64,000 nt of DNA, from NCBI GenBank assembly GCA_963797095.1, contig CAWCNY010000005.1:512001-576000 (forward strand), in the 5' to 3' direction. The notes below the pieces were generated by a model, which was given only the letters and a program-made list of their open reading frames with translations, had not been told where the DNA came from and made no database searches. Positions within the stretch are counted from its first letter, which is position 1, and every line of letters begins with the position of its first letter. Positions 9,053 through 18,913 of the stretch are shown here, in pieces. This stretch comes from an uncultured Chloroflexia bacterium. Its GTDB lineage: Bacteria > Chloroflexota > Chloroflexia > QHBQ01 > JADMIH01. The position numbers and the translations under genes were made by a program.

Positions 9053-10465
9053 ATGGTCCAGGAACTCTTAAGACCAAACCCCGCCTCCACTCGCCGTTGG
9101 ACCCCCGAGTTTGCGGGCAACAAACCGGGCGAAGTATCCAAGCTCATCTCCGAAGCCGAGAAAGAAAAGGTCCGCTTCGTCAACCTCCAGTTCGCCGATC
9201 TCATGGGCATCGTCAAGTCCGTCGCCATTCCCCTCCACCAGTTCGAGGACGCCTGCATCAATGGCAAGTGGTTCGACGGCTCCTCCATCGAGGGCTTCGC
9301 CCGTATCGCCGAATCCGATATGTTCCTCGTCCCCGACCTCTCCACCTGGGCCATCATGCCCTGGGAGCGCGCCGACAAGTCCACAGCCCGCGCCATCTGC
9401 TGGGTCTACAATCCCAACGGCGACCTCTTCGAAGGCGACCCCCGCATGGTCCTCGCTCGCGCCATGGACTACGCCGCCAACCTCGGCTACAAGTTCAACA
9501 CCGGCCCTGAGCTTGAGTTCTTCCTCTTCAAAGATAGATTGGGCGACATCTCCTCCGCCACCCATGATGTCGGCGGCTACTTCGACCTGACAGGCGACAT
9601 GGGAGCCGATGTGCGCAAAGACATGGTCAACGCCCTCGAAGGCATGGGCATCAAAGTCGAGACCTCCCACCACGAAGTCGCTCGCGGCCAGCACGAGATC
9701 GACTTCGAGTATGACAACGCCCTCTCCACCGCCGACAACGCCGTTACTCTCAAATACACCCTCAAAGCCATCGCCGCCGAGCATGGCCTCCACTGCACAT
9801 TCATGCCCAAGCCTATCTTCGGCATCAATGGCTCCGGCATGCACACCCACCAGTCCTTCTCCGACATCGAAGGTGAGCGCGGCAACCTCTTCGCCAACGA
9901 GGACGATCCACAGTACGGCATCTCCACCCTCGCCCGCAAATACATCGCCGGGCAGCTCAAGCACGCTCGGGGCATGTGCGCCATCCTCGCTCCCCTAGTA
10001 AACTCCTACAAGCGACTTGTCCCAGGCTACGAAGCTCCCGTCTACATCTCCTGGGCGCGTGTCAACCGCTCCGCCCTCATCCGCGTTCCCAAGAACCGCC
10101 CAGGCAAGACCGCCGCCGCCCGCATCGAGCTTCGCTGCCCCGATCCCTCCTGCAACCCCTACCTCGCCTTCGCCGTCATGGTCCGCGCAGGCCTCGATGG
10201 CATCGAGAACGACATCGAAGTCCCCGATCCCGTCGAGGAAAACCTCTACCACTTCGATGAGAGCGAGCGCCTCCGCCGCAACATCAAGACCCTCCCTGGC
10301 TCCCTCTACGAAGCCCTCCAGGAGATGCAGAAAGACGACCTCGTTCGCGAGACCCTAGGCGACCATATCACCGACCGCCTCCTCGAAGCCAAGACCGAAG
10401 AGTGGAACGAGTTCCGAATGCGCGTAACCCAATGGGAGCTAGACCGCTACCTCGATATGTACTAG
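9053..10465 (+). CDS. glnA: Glutamine synthetase type I
   Basis: FDGSSIEGF, GPELEFFLF, HHEVARGQHEIDF, TFMPKP..G.NGSGMHTHQS, NSYKRLVPGYEAP, RIELRCPDPSCNPYL; AAAGGAG RBS. Confidence 0.97.
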   Translation: MVQELLRPNPASTRRWTPEFAGNKPGEVSKLISEAEKEKVRFVNLQFADLMGIVKSVAIPLHQFEDACINGKWFDGSSIEGFARIAESDMFLVPDLSTWAIMPWERADKSTARAICWVYNPNGDLFEGDPRMVLARAMDYAANLGYKFNTGPELEFFLFKDRLGDISSATHDVGGYFDLTGDMGADVRKDMVNALEGMGIKVETSHHEVARGQHEIDFEYDNALSTADNAVTLKYTLKAIAAEHGLHCTFMPKPIFGINGSGMHTHQSFSDIEGERGNLFANEDDPQYGISTLARKYIAGQLKHARGMCAILAPLVNSYKRLVPGYEAPVYISWARVNRSALIRVPKNRPGKTAAARIELRCPDPSCNPYLAFAVMVRAGLDGIENDIEVPDPVEENLYHFDESERLRRNIKTLPGSLYEALQEMQKDDLVRETLGDHITDRLLEAKTEEWNEFRMRVTQWELDRYLDMY

Positions 10466-10490
10466 ACCACCTAAGCACAACACCAATCTG

Positions 10491-10612
10491 CCAACATAAA
10501 ACATCCAGAATTTCAAATACAGGCATGTGTGCAATCTGTTTCTAAAAAGGCAAAAATGGCGGCCTTGCCGCCATTTTTGCCTTTTTAGAAAGCCCCTCCC
10601 CCAAAATTGGGA
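10491..10612 (+). repeat. Dispersed ~125-bp palindromic element, copy A (likely terminator or REP/MITE-like)
   Basis: Perfect 25-bp stem at 10539-10591; homologous to the reverse complement of 41336-41464. Confidence 0.8.
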
Positions 10613-10759
10613 GAGAGGTTGGGGCGGGGTCTTGTCACATCCTGATGTTCTCCCAAGCACGATTTCAAAATTCGGTCCGGCTCAGGTACGATACCACCAA
10701 CACACTTTGCTGTATAATGGCATTGCCACGCTACAGGCTGCGAACCGGAGCGCAACACT

Positions 10760-11350
10760 ATGTCCGCATTGGCGCACACCCTACATACACCTGAAGAGTA
10801 CCTGACCCTGGAGCGCCAGGCCGAATACAAGAGCGAGTATATCGATGGTGAGATAGTCGCCATGACCGGCGCAAGCCGAGCCCACAACCTTATCACGGTC
10901 AATCTAGCAAGCAGCCTACATGAGCAATTCAAAGGGCGTCCTTGCGAAGCGTACACAAGCGATATGCGCGTGCGGGTGAACCCCCGCACCTATGCTTATC
11001 CAGACGTTATAGCAGTCTGTGGCGAACCTGAGTTCGAGGATGAGGAACTAGACACTCTTGCCAATCCGACGGTTCTAATGGAAGTGCTATCGCCTTCCAC
11101 AGAAGCTTACGACAGAGGCAAGAAATCGGCTCGTTTCCGCAAAATACCATCGCTCCAGGAATACCTCCTCATCGCGCAGGACAGGCCATTCATAGAGCAT
11201 TACACGCGACGCAACCAGGAGTGGATCATTTCCGACGTGGCGGGATTGGATGCCACGCTGGAGCTATCTTCGGTCGATTGCACACTCGCCTTGCACGAAA
11301 TCTACAGTAAGGTGAAGTTCTCAGATGAACAATCGGAACTGAACCAGTAA
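10760..11350 (+). CDS. Uma2 (DUF820) family putative endonuclease
   Basis: EYIDGEIVAMTGAS..H, YPDV, EVLSPSTEAYDRG.K, IPSLQEYLLIAQD. Confidence 0.92.
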   Translation: MSALAHTLHTPEEYLTLERQAEYKSEYIDGEIVAMTGASRAHNLITVNLASSLHEQFKGRPCEAYTSDMRVRVNPRTYAYPDVIAVCGEPEFEDEELDTLANPTVLMEVLSPSTEAYDRGKKSARFRKIPSLQEYLLIAQDRPFIEHYTRRNQEWIISDVAGLDATLELSSVDCTLALHEIYSKVKFSDEQSELNQ

Positions 11351-11381
11351 AGAAGTACATAGCAAACAGGAGGCACACCTA

Positions 11382-11936
11382 ATGTCATTGGACACAGCCG
11401 AGGCCACCCGGAACCCACAGGCTGCGCGCACCGGCACAATCATCGCCATAGCCTACAGCCCTGAATTGATCAACGGCGTAGGCAAAGACCTGCATGACAG
11501 CGCCGAAATCACCAGGTGGGGCATTCCAGGCGACCGCCATTACGGCGAGACCCGTTACTCCACCAGCATGAAGATGACGGTTCCCAATTTACGACCCATC
11601 ACCGTCCTCGCTGTAGAAGCCACCAACGCGGCCTGCGAAGCTATCGGCATCCCCACCGGCACCGTTCCAGCTGGCGGTATGGGCGAAAACATCCTCACCG
11701 AAGGTCTCGGCGACCTTGGGGAGCTTACCGAAGGGGATCAGGTGCATATCCTCGACGAAGAAGGCGGGCCGAAAGTAGTCCTCCGCATCGAAGGCCAGAA
11801 CGACCCATGCTCCAGTCTCCAGGTCTACCATCGCCTCATGACCAAGCACATGATGCACCGCCGAGGTCTCCTATGTACAGTCCTCAAAGAAGGAAAGGCG
11901 CAGGTAGGCGACCGGATTACCACAGTAAGAGCCTAG
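11382..11936 (+). CDS. MOSC domain protein
   Basis: GIPGDRH, GGMGENILTEG, NDPC, RRGLLCTVLKEG..VGD; AGGAGG RBS. Confidence 0.85.
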   Translation: MSLDTAEATRNPQAARTGTIIAIAYSPELINGVGKDLHDSAEITRWGIPGDRHYGETRYSTSMKMTVPNLRPITVLAVEATNAACEAIGIPTGTVPAGGMGENILTEGLGDLGELTEGDQVHILDEEGGPKVVLRIEGQNDPCSSLQVYHRLMTKHMMHRRGLLCTVLKEGKAQVGDRITTVRA

Positions 11937-11968
11937 CGCTCTCACATTCGGATTCCGCTCCAATAACA

Positions 11969-12001
11969 TAGGAGGCATCCCATACTCAGGGATGCCTCCT
12001 A
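11969..12001. terminator. Hairpin between convergent genes
   Basis: taggaggcatccc-7nt-gggatgcctccta. Confidence 0.7.
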
Positions 12002-12018
12002 ACGGTTCTCGGCAGACT

Positions 12019-13245
12019 TTAGTGATGAACTATCAATGTCTCATCTCTGTCCAGTATGTCGCTCCCCTCGCCCGGCATAGGCATCTTCGTGAAGGGTGCG
12101 AAGTGGCACGCCACATAATGCTCGGACCTACCGGGAGGCGCAACGTTCCGCCACGCCGGTATCTGCTGTTTGCAGATATCCTGGGCCAACCAGCATCGTG
12201 TATGGAACCTGCAACCGGTAGGTGGATTCAACGGCGATGGCACATCGCCCTTCAAGATAATACGCTCACGTCTAATCTTCGGATCGGGGATAGGAATAGC
12301 CGATAACAACGCATGCGTATAGGGGTGCTGCGGGTTTTCGAACAGATCTTGCCTATCAGCAAGTTCGGCCATCTTGCCCAGGTACATCACGCCCACTCTG
12401 TCCGATATGTGCTCAACTACGCTCAGGTTATGCGCGATAAACAGGTATGTCAGCCCAAACTCTTTCTGCAAGTCCTTCAAAATGTTCAGCACCTGCGACT
12501 GGATAGACACGTCAAGTGCGGATACCGGCTCATCACACACTATGAACTTAGGGCGCAAAGCCAGCGCACGAGCAATACCGATACGCTGCCTTTGCCCACC
12601 GGAGAACTCATGTGGATACCTCTTCGCGTGTTCCGGTAGCAAACCAACCCTCGCCAGCACATCGTACACACGCTGCTGCCGCTCATTCTTTCCTACACCG
12701 TGTATCAGCAGGCCCTCGGCGATACTCTCACCGATAGGCACACGCGGGTCCAGTGAGGAGAACGGGTCCTGGAATATGATCTGGATGTCGCGCCTGGTCC
12801 TTTTCAGTTGGTCTGCTTTCAGGTCGAACAGGTTCTTCCCTTCGAAGCGCACCTGCCCACCTGTCGCAGGCACCAGGCGCAGGATGGTGCGGCCAACAGT
12901 TGTCTTGCCGCAACCCGACTCGCCCACCAGCCCTAGCGTCTCGCCCCGGCGGATGGAGAAGGTCACGTCATCCACAGCCTTCACCCAGGCCACCGTGCGT
13001 TGCAAGAGGCCGCCGCGCACAGGGAAGTATTTCACAAGCCGGTCAACTTCCAGCAGGGTATCGAGTTTGCCTTTATCCTTCCGAGCACCATCACCACTAA
13101 TGGCGGAAGTTGTGCCAGAAGACCCTCCGGCACCACCCTGCACCATCGTCGGCGCACCGTCGGGAGTAGGGGTGGGGCTGGTAGAGGCCGAATCCATCAT
13201 AGGAGTATCCGTATCCATAGACCTCGTACTCTGCTGATCACTCAT
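12019..13245 (-). CDS. oppF: Oligopeptide/dipeptide ABC transporter ATPase (OppF/AppF type)
   Basis: [38 protein letters not shown]-terminal [12 protein letters not shown]; ~60-aa low-complexity N-terminal extension. Confidence 0.93.
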   Translation of the reverse strand: MSDQQSTRSMDTDTPMMDSASTSPTPTPDGAPTMVQGGAGGSSGTTSAISGDGARKDKGKLDTLLEVDRLVKYFPVRGGLLQRTVAWVKAVDDVTFSIRRGETLGLVGESGCGKTTVGRTILRLVPATGGQVRFEGKNLFDLKADQLKRTRRDIQIIFQDPFSSLDPRVPIGESIAEGLLIHGVGKNERQQRVYDVLARVGLLPEHAKRYPHEFSGGQRQRIGIARALALRPKFIVCDEPVSALDVSIQSQVLNILKDLQKEFGLTYLFIAHNLSVVEHISDRVGVMYLGKMAELADRQDLFENPQHPYTHALLSAIPIPDPKIRRERIILKGDVPSPLNPPTGCRFHTRCWLAQDICKQQIPAWRNVAPPGRSEHYVACHFAPFTKMPMPGEGSDILDRDETLIVHH

Positions 13246-13350
13246 AAGCTATCCCCTCTTTCGGATTTTGGACTTTAGATTTCGGGTTGCGGATTTACTA
13301 CTGGGTTCAATGCAGGTGCCCTCAGGGCGACTGCAATCAAAAATCCGAAT

Positions 13351-14502
13351 TTACCTTGCTGCTGCGGCCTGGCTGGCGGCTTCCTTCGTCACCTGCCCGC
13401 CTGTCACCATCACTTCCTCATCATAGAGCCAGCACCTGGCTGTGCGTGTCTGTGATAGTTGGATCAACGTCGGCTCGTCCACCCGGCAGATATCCATCAC
13501 ATATGGACAGCGCCCGGCGAACCGGCACCCAGGAGGCAGGTTCCTTAGCGAAGGTACCGAGCCTGGGATAACCGCCAACTTATCACGCACCTCGCCCAGC
13601 ACAGGGATCGAAGCAAGCAACCCCTGCGTGTATGGGTGCTTGGGGTCGGCGAACAACTCGTCTACCGGCGCTTCTTCCACGATCTTACCAGCATACATGA
13701 CCGACACCTTGTCGGCCATTTCGGCTACGATTCCCAGGTCGTGGGTAATAAGGATGATGCCAGTGTGGTAGCGGTCTCGCAGGTCCCGCATCAGTTCCAG
13801 TATCTGCGCCTGGATCGTCACATCGAGGGCCGTGGTAGGCTCGTCCGCGATCAGCAATTCCGGCTCGCAAGAGAGGGCCATAGCGATCATCACACGCTGG
13901 CACATGCCGCCGGACATCTCATGGGGGTAGCTCTCGATACGGGTCTTTGCCGATGGAATACCCACCATTGTAAGCAGCTCGATAGCGCGCTGCCGAGCCT
14001 GCTGCTTGGTATATCCTCGGTGCAGCATGAGAGCTTCGGAAATCTGGTCACCAACTCGGAATACCGGGTTCAAGCACGAGGTTGGCTGCTGGAATATCAT
14101 TGCGATCCGGTTACCCCGGATGTGGCGCATCTCTTCTTCGCTAAGCCCCAATACATCGAGGCCGCGCAGCCTTACCTCACCCTCAAGGGTCTCTCCTGGA
14201 GGAGCGATCAGGCGCATGACGCTCATTGAGGTGACGCTTTTGCCACACCCGGACTCGCCTACGATACCGAGGGTCTCGCCCCTGTTCAGGTTGAAGCTGA
14301 CCCCATCGACAGCCTTGACAGTGCCGTCTTCGGTGAAGAAGTAGGTCTTCAAGCCCTCCACGCGCAAAAGCTCGTTGGGATTATTCATGTTCTCAGGGTA
14401 GTCGCGATCGAGCTTTTTATCTCCCCTGCCGGTGCCACGGCTACGAGCCGCAGGAGGGCCCTGGGTGCCGGACCTGGACCCGTTATCACTTTGGGTATTC
14501 AG
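13351..14502 (-). CDS. oppD: Oligopeptide/dipeptide ABC transporter ATPase (OppD type)
   Basis: [37 protein letters not shown]; start uncertain (CTG at 14502 after AAGGAG, or ATG at 14388); the ORF-track N-terminus is translated repeat. Confidence 0.9.
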   Translation of the reverse strand: MNTQSDNGSRSGTQGPPAARSRGTGRGDKKLDRDYPENMNNPNELLRVEGLKTYFFTEDGTVKAVDGVSFNLNRGETLGIVGESGCGKSVTSMSVMRLIAPPGETLEGEVRLRGLDVLGLSEEEMRHIRGNRIAMIFQQPTSCLNPVFRVGDQISEALMLHRGYTKQQARQRAIELLTMVGIPSAKTRIESYPHEMSGGMCQRVMIAMALSCEPELLIADEPTTALDVTIQAQILELMRDLRDRYHTGIILITHDLGIVAEMADKVSVMYAGKIVEEAPVDELFADPKHPYTQGLLASIPVLGEVRDKLAVIPGSVPSLRNLPPGCRFAGRCPYVMDICRVDEPTLIQLSQTRTARCWLYDEEVMVTGGQVTKEAASQAAAAR

Positions 14503-14588
14503 GGTGTTGCTCCTTTCTATATGACAATTCTCGCACTTGCAGGTAATAAGTGCAACTATTAGCCGATGATGGGAGAGAACGTAGTGGA

Positions 14589-14721
14589 CGTATTGCGTAT
14601 TGCGTATTGCGTATTGCGTATTGCGTATTGCGTATTGCGTATTGCGTATTGCGTATTGCGTATTGCGTATTGCGTATTGCGTATTGCGTATTGCGTATTG
14701 CGTATTGCGTATTGCGTATTG
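14589..14721. repeat. Heptamer tandem repeat (cgtattg)x19
   Basis: 133 bp of perfect repeat; the same unit occurs at 47924-47962 and inverted at ~34727 and ~48051. Confidence 0.97.
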
Positions 14722-14890
14722 CAGGGGCAAGTTAGCCTGTTATTTCTGCCAAAGAGGATGGTTTCTCCATATCCTGTCAAGCCGGAGCGGACATATTGAG
14801 TGCCGCACCACACCGGGGAGCCGCGAAGAGATAAACACGATAGCAACACTCCATAACGTTATCGTAAGAGTGTGCCTGAATAGTACGCCA

Positions 14891-14919
14891 ATATTAGCAG
14901 AAAGAGTTTGTGCTGTCAA
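14891..14919 (-). promoter_or_regulatory. Sigma70-type promoter of oppDF
   Basis: Minus strand TTGACA-N17-TAATAT with TG extension. Confidence 0.7.
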
Positions 14920-15219
14920 CGGGCAGGGGAAAGGGCAGGCTGTTGCTCAAGACTTCACGATTCCAGCTTTCCAGGTTACGATCCTGCAAAGGGTTACGCC
15001 ACCGGACGGTGTAACCCTATTTTAACTTTATTACACATTATATACTTATGCGGTTCATTTTGTTGGCCCGTGACCCTATCTTCCTCATGTGCAGCCGGAC
15101 CTGACCTTTGTGCCTGCCGTGATATAATCTCGTTGATAAGGAATGAGTGACAAGTGTCGAGCGAATAGTGCGTATTTCGTATTGCTTATTCTGGCTTGCT
15201 TCGTCTTTCGTCACTGTAT

Positions 15220-16209
15220 ATGCAACACCAACCCAAAATCGCAGTAATCACCACCGGCGGTACCATCTCAATGCGCTATGACCCCGCGTTGGGAGGTGCT
15301 GTGCCTGCTATCAGTGGCGACGAGCTATTACATATGGTCCCTGGCCTGAGCGAGGTCGCCCAGGTCGAGCTGATTGAGTTTTCTAATGTTCCTTCATGCC
15401 ATCTCACCCCCTCCATCATGTTCGACCTGTGCCATCTTATCCAGCGAACTATTGACCGCTCGGATATACAGGGCGTAGTGGTTACCCACGGCACTGATGC
15501 CCTTGAAGAGACAGCCTACATGTCCGACCTGTGGATTTCATCGGACAAGCCTGTGGTATTCACTGCGGCCATGCGCAACAACTCCGAGATCGGGTGCGAC
15601 GGCCCGCGCAATATTCTCGCCGCAGTGCGCGTGGCCGCCTGCCAAGATGCGAACGGCGGAGGCACTCTGGTTGTGTTCAACGGGCAAATCCTCGCGGCGC
15701 GCGATACGATCAAGATGCACACATCCAACATGGATGCGTTTCGCTCGCCTATGCTCGGCCCCGTCGGCAACGTGGATGACGACCGCGTGGTGTTGTTCCG
15801 CCTCTCGCTCGTCCGCCAGAACATCCGCCCCGATAAGATCGTCACCGCCGTGGACCTTGTACGTGTTTACGGCGGCATGGACAGCGAGTTGATCTTCTGG
15901 AGCCTGGAGCGCGGCAACCGGGGATTGGTTGTAGAAGCAATGGGCCAGGGCAACGTACCGCCCACCATCGTACCGGGGCTGCGTGCCTGGATCGATTCAG
16001 GAAGGCCGGTGGTGCTTGTATCGCGCTGTCCCGAAGGCCGCGCTCTCGATACCTATGCCTACGATGGCGGCGGCAAACAGCTTCACAACATGGGCGTAAT
16101 TTTCGGCGAAGACTTAACCGGACAGAAAGCGCGTATTAAATTAATGCTCACACTTGGCCTTACATCCAATCTGGAGGAATTACGGGCTCTATTCGAGTAT
16201 CTCTTGTAA
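15220..16209 (+). CDS. L-asparaginase
   Basis: TTGGTISM, VVTHGTDALEETA, SxxxxDGPRN, KMHTSNMDAF, GQKARIKLML. Confidence 0.93.
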   Translation: MQHQPKIAVITTGGTISMRYDPALGGAVPAISGDELLHMVPGLSEVAQVELIEFSNVPSCHLTPSIMFDLCHLIQRTIDRSDIQGVVVTHGTDALEETAYMSDLWISSDKPVVFTAAMRNNSEIGCDGPRNILAAVRVAACQDANGGGTLVVFNGQILAARDTIKMHTSNMDAFRSPMLGPVGNVDDDRVVLFRLSLVRQNIRPDKIVTAVDLVRVYGGMDSELIFWSLERGNRGLVVEAMGQGNVPPTIVPGLRAWIDSGRPVVLVSRCPEGRALDTYAYDGGGKQLHNMGVIFGEDLTGQKARIKLMLTLGLTSNLEELRALFEYLL

Positions 16210-16398
16210 CGCGGATTTGTCGCCTATTGTAGGACTTTGGTTGCACCTCGCCAATGTGGTATGATCAGGTCGGTTTGTGTCTACGAGGCCAGGCGAAGCA
16301 GATATAGTTTCAAGACCACCTGTCGAGCAACACCCTGCACACAATAGCCACAGCGGGCAGAATTGTCATATTCATATTTGAGTAAGGAGGATCGAGAC

Positions 16399-18816
16399 AT
16401 GTTGCGCAAAAACAAATCATACAGCTGGCGTGGCCTGCTAATCATCGCATCACTGGCGCTTGCTATCGGTATATCAACCGGTATTGCTCTTGCGGCCTTA
16501 CCTGCATCACAGAACCCGGAAGGTGGTACGGCAGCCGCCGGACCGGGCATGGCCGACGTTGTGCCGTCGGACGTTCGGTCCGGCGAAGCCCAAATTCTCG
16601 GCAAACACGACGAGGCCGACACGCTGACCGTGCTGTTCATGCTCCCTTTCAAGGACCAGGCGGGCCTGGAAGCGTTCGTGGCCGATGTATCAAATCCAAA
16701 CAGCTCTAATTACGGACATTATCTTACTCTTGACGAAGAGAACGCACGCTATAATCCTGATCCCGCACGCGAACAGCGAGTCTCTGCGTGGCTAAGCGGA
16801 GAAGGTGTTTCCAATTTAGAATTGGTGCCGAACCACCTCTATGTATATGCTCGCGCAAGCGTAAGTACCCTCAGCAACCTCCTCAACATACAAATCAACG
16901 ATTACAGGGTGGGAGACAACACCTTCTACGCACCCGACCGCGTGCCAACTCTCCCGGCCGGTGTCAGCGCCGACGTCAATTGGATCGCAGGTCTATCCAA
17001 CCAGGACAAACTCCATACCGACCACTCTATGATAAACGGAGGTGGTGCAAAGGGCGAGGGCACCTCGTCAGCGCCCGATAGCGCGCCCCCTTACACACCC
17101 CAGGATATAGCCTATGCCTACGATGTCAACCCGCTATTGAACTCAGGCGCTAACGGCGCAGGCACCAACATCGCAATTACCCTCTGGACCCTGCCGCCAA
17201 GCGACAGCACCCTCAATACCTGGTCATCGCTCACCGGCTCGCCTGTGGCTACACGTGCCAACGGCCGCCTTGCCATCATTCTGACTGACAATGTACCAAG
17301 CAGCGACACCGACGATGGCGAGGCCGCACTCGACATAGAATCGTCCAGCGGGCTTGCAACCGGCGCGGTCATACGATACTATGAGGCCACCCAGCCTTCG
17401 TATGCCGATATGGCTAATGCGCTCAACCGGGCTGGCACCGATGCGGCCAACAACCGGTTCATCACCAACTCATGGGGTGGACCCGAGTCGCCATCGGGCT
17501 TCAATGCCACTAATGGCGTCCTGCAAGCAAATACCGCAACAGGCCACGACTATCTATTCTCCAGCGGAGATAACGGATCGTGGTCCAACGGCTCCGACCC
17601 ATATCCCGACTATCCTGCGTCCAGCGCCTATGTAACAGCCATTGGCGGCACGCGCTTCGCAGCCAACATCAATCAGAATTACCCCGGCGAGCGCACCTGG
17701 GACTACGACCCGACAGGCAACGGCGGCTATCCTGAGGGCAGCGGCGGGGGCTATGCTCTCTACAGCAACCGGCCAGCCTGGCAGGTCGCTCCAGGTTTCC
17801 CTCCAGGCCAGACCAAGCGCGGGTATCCCGACATAGCGGCTGATGCCGATCCGGTGACTGGCCTGCGCATTTGCACCGACTACTATGGCTGCACGCAGTT
17901 TGGAGGCACCAGCCTTTCCTCGCCTTTGTGGGCTGCCATGCTCGATATGACAGACCAGTATATTGTAGCGCGGGGCAGGCCACACCTGGGCTTCGTCAAC
18001 CCGGTGGTGTATCTACTGGCGCAAGCGCCTCAAGCCTACGCTCCCTACCACGATATCACTGTTGGCACCAACGGGGCGTACAATGCAGGCGCGGGCTGGG
18101 ATGCTATAACGGGTGTCGGTTCGCCCGATCTTTATAACTTTGCCCGCGACCTGGCTCCAGCTGCGGCAGCTACACCCACGCCTGAGCCGCCACCTTGCCC
18201 TGGCAGCCAGTTCACCGATGTGTGTCCAGGCTCAACTTTCTATACATCCATCACAAACCTTGTCAATGCGAACGTTGTGAACGGCTATACTGCATCGCCC
18301 CCCTGCCCGAACAGCAATTGGATACCCTGCTTCCTGCCGGGCAACACGGCCACACGCGGCCAGATCTCTAAGATCGTTGTGCTGGGAGCAAACTTAACTA
18401 TCAACACAAGCGGTGGGCCTCACTTCACCGACGTGGCGAGTAACTCGACGTTCTACCAGTACATCGAAACAATGTACAACGCCGGGATCATCAGCGGCTA
18501 CACAAGCGGCTGCTCAACAGGCAACCCATGCTTCAGGCCCGGTAACCCCGTGACCAGGGGGCAGCTTACGAAGATGGCAAGCCTCGGCTTCGGCTTCAAC
18601 GAGGCTGTGAGCGGGCAATCGTTTGCGGATATCCAATCCGGCTCCACCTACTACACATATGTGGAACGGCTCAAAGCGAGGGGTATCATAGGAGGTTACC
18701 CATGTGGCGGCATAGGTGAGCCATGCCTACCCGGCAACAAGCCATATTTCCGCCCCAACAGCAATGTGACGCGAGGGCAACTATCCAAGATAGTCGATCT
18801 CTGCCGACAGCAGTAA
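16399..18816 (+). CDS. Secreted S53 (sedolisin/kumamolisin) peptidase with propeptide and three C-terminal SLH-like repeats
   Basis: Signal peptide; EAALD (E/D), SSGD, GGTSLSSP; YHDITVG.N..Y.AG.GWDAITGVGSP; FTDV...TRGQ repeats; TAAGGAGG RBS. Confidence 0.9.
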   Translation: MLRKNKSYSWRGLLIIASLALAIGISTGIALAALPASQNPEGGTAAAGPGMADVVPSDVRSGEAQILGKHDEADTLTVLFMLPFKDQAGLEAFVADVSNPNSSNYGHYLTLDEENARYNPDPAREQRVSAWLSGEGVSNLELVPNHLYVYARASVSTLSNLLNIQINDYRVGDNTFYAPDRVPTLPAGVSADVNWIAGLSNQDKLHTDHSMINGGGAKGEGTSSAPDSAPPYTPQDIAYAYDVNPLLNSGANGAGTNIAITLWTLPPSDSTLNTWSSLTGSPVATRANGRLAIILTDNVPSSDTDDGEAALDIESSSGLATGAVIRYYEATQPSYADMANALNRAGTDAANNRFITNSWGGPESPSGFNATNGVLQANTATGHDYLFSSGDNGSWSNGSDPYPDYPASSAYVTAIGGTRFAANINQNYPGERTWDYDPTGNGGYPEGSGGGYALYSNRPAWQVAPGFPPGQTKRGYPDIAADADPVTGLRICTDYYGCTQFGGTSLSSPLWAAMLDMTDQYIVARGRPHLGFVNPVVYLLAQAPQAYAPYHDITVGTNGAYNAGAGWDAITGVGSPDLYNFARDLAPAAAATPTPEPPPCPGSQFTDVCPGSTFYTSITNLVNANVVNGYTASPPCPNSNWIPCFLPGNTATRGQISKIVVLGANLTINTSGGPHFTDVASNSTFYQYIETMYNAGIISGYTSGCSTGNPCFRPGNPVTRGQLTKMASLGFGFNEAVSGQSFADIQSGSTYYTYVERLKARGIIGGYPCGGIGEPCLPGNKPYFRPNSNVTRGQLSKIVDLCRQQ

Positions 18817-18837
18817 CCAATAGCACCTGGATGAACG

Positions 18838-18866
18838 GAAGGGGCATGTCCGGGACATGCCCCTTC
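18838..18866. terminator. Hairpin between convergent genes
   Basis: gaaggggcatgtc-cgg-gacatgccccttc. Confidence 0.7.
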
Positions 18867-18913
18867 TGCTTGCCTGTATTCCTTTCCGGGCAGGCTCGAT
18901 CTGTGCGCGGGTT

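Noticed and set aside
10760-11350. Uma2 nuclease as part of a defence island
   Set aside because: Solitary gene of a family that is often highly multicopy; no methylase, toxin-antitoxin or other defence genes adjacent.
14550-15025. ORFs with IAYCVLR or NTQYAIR repeats, including the long oppD N-terminus
   Set aside because: Translations of the stop-free heptamer array.
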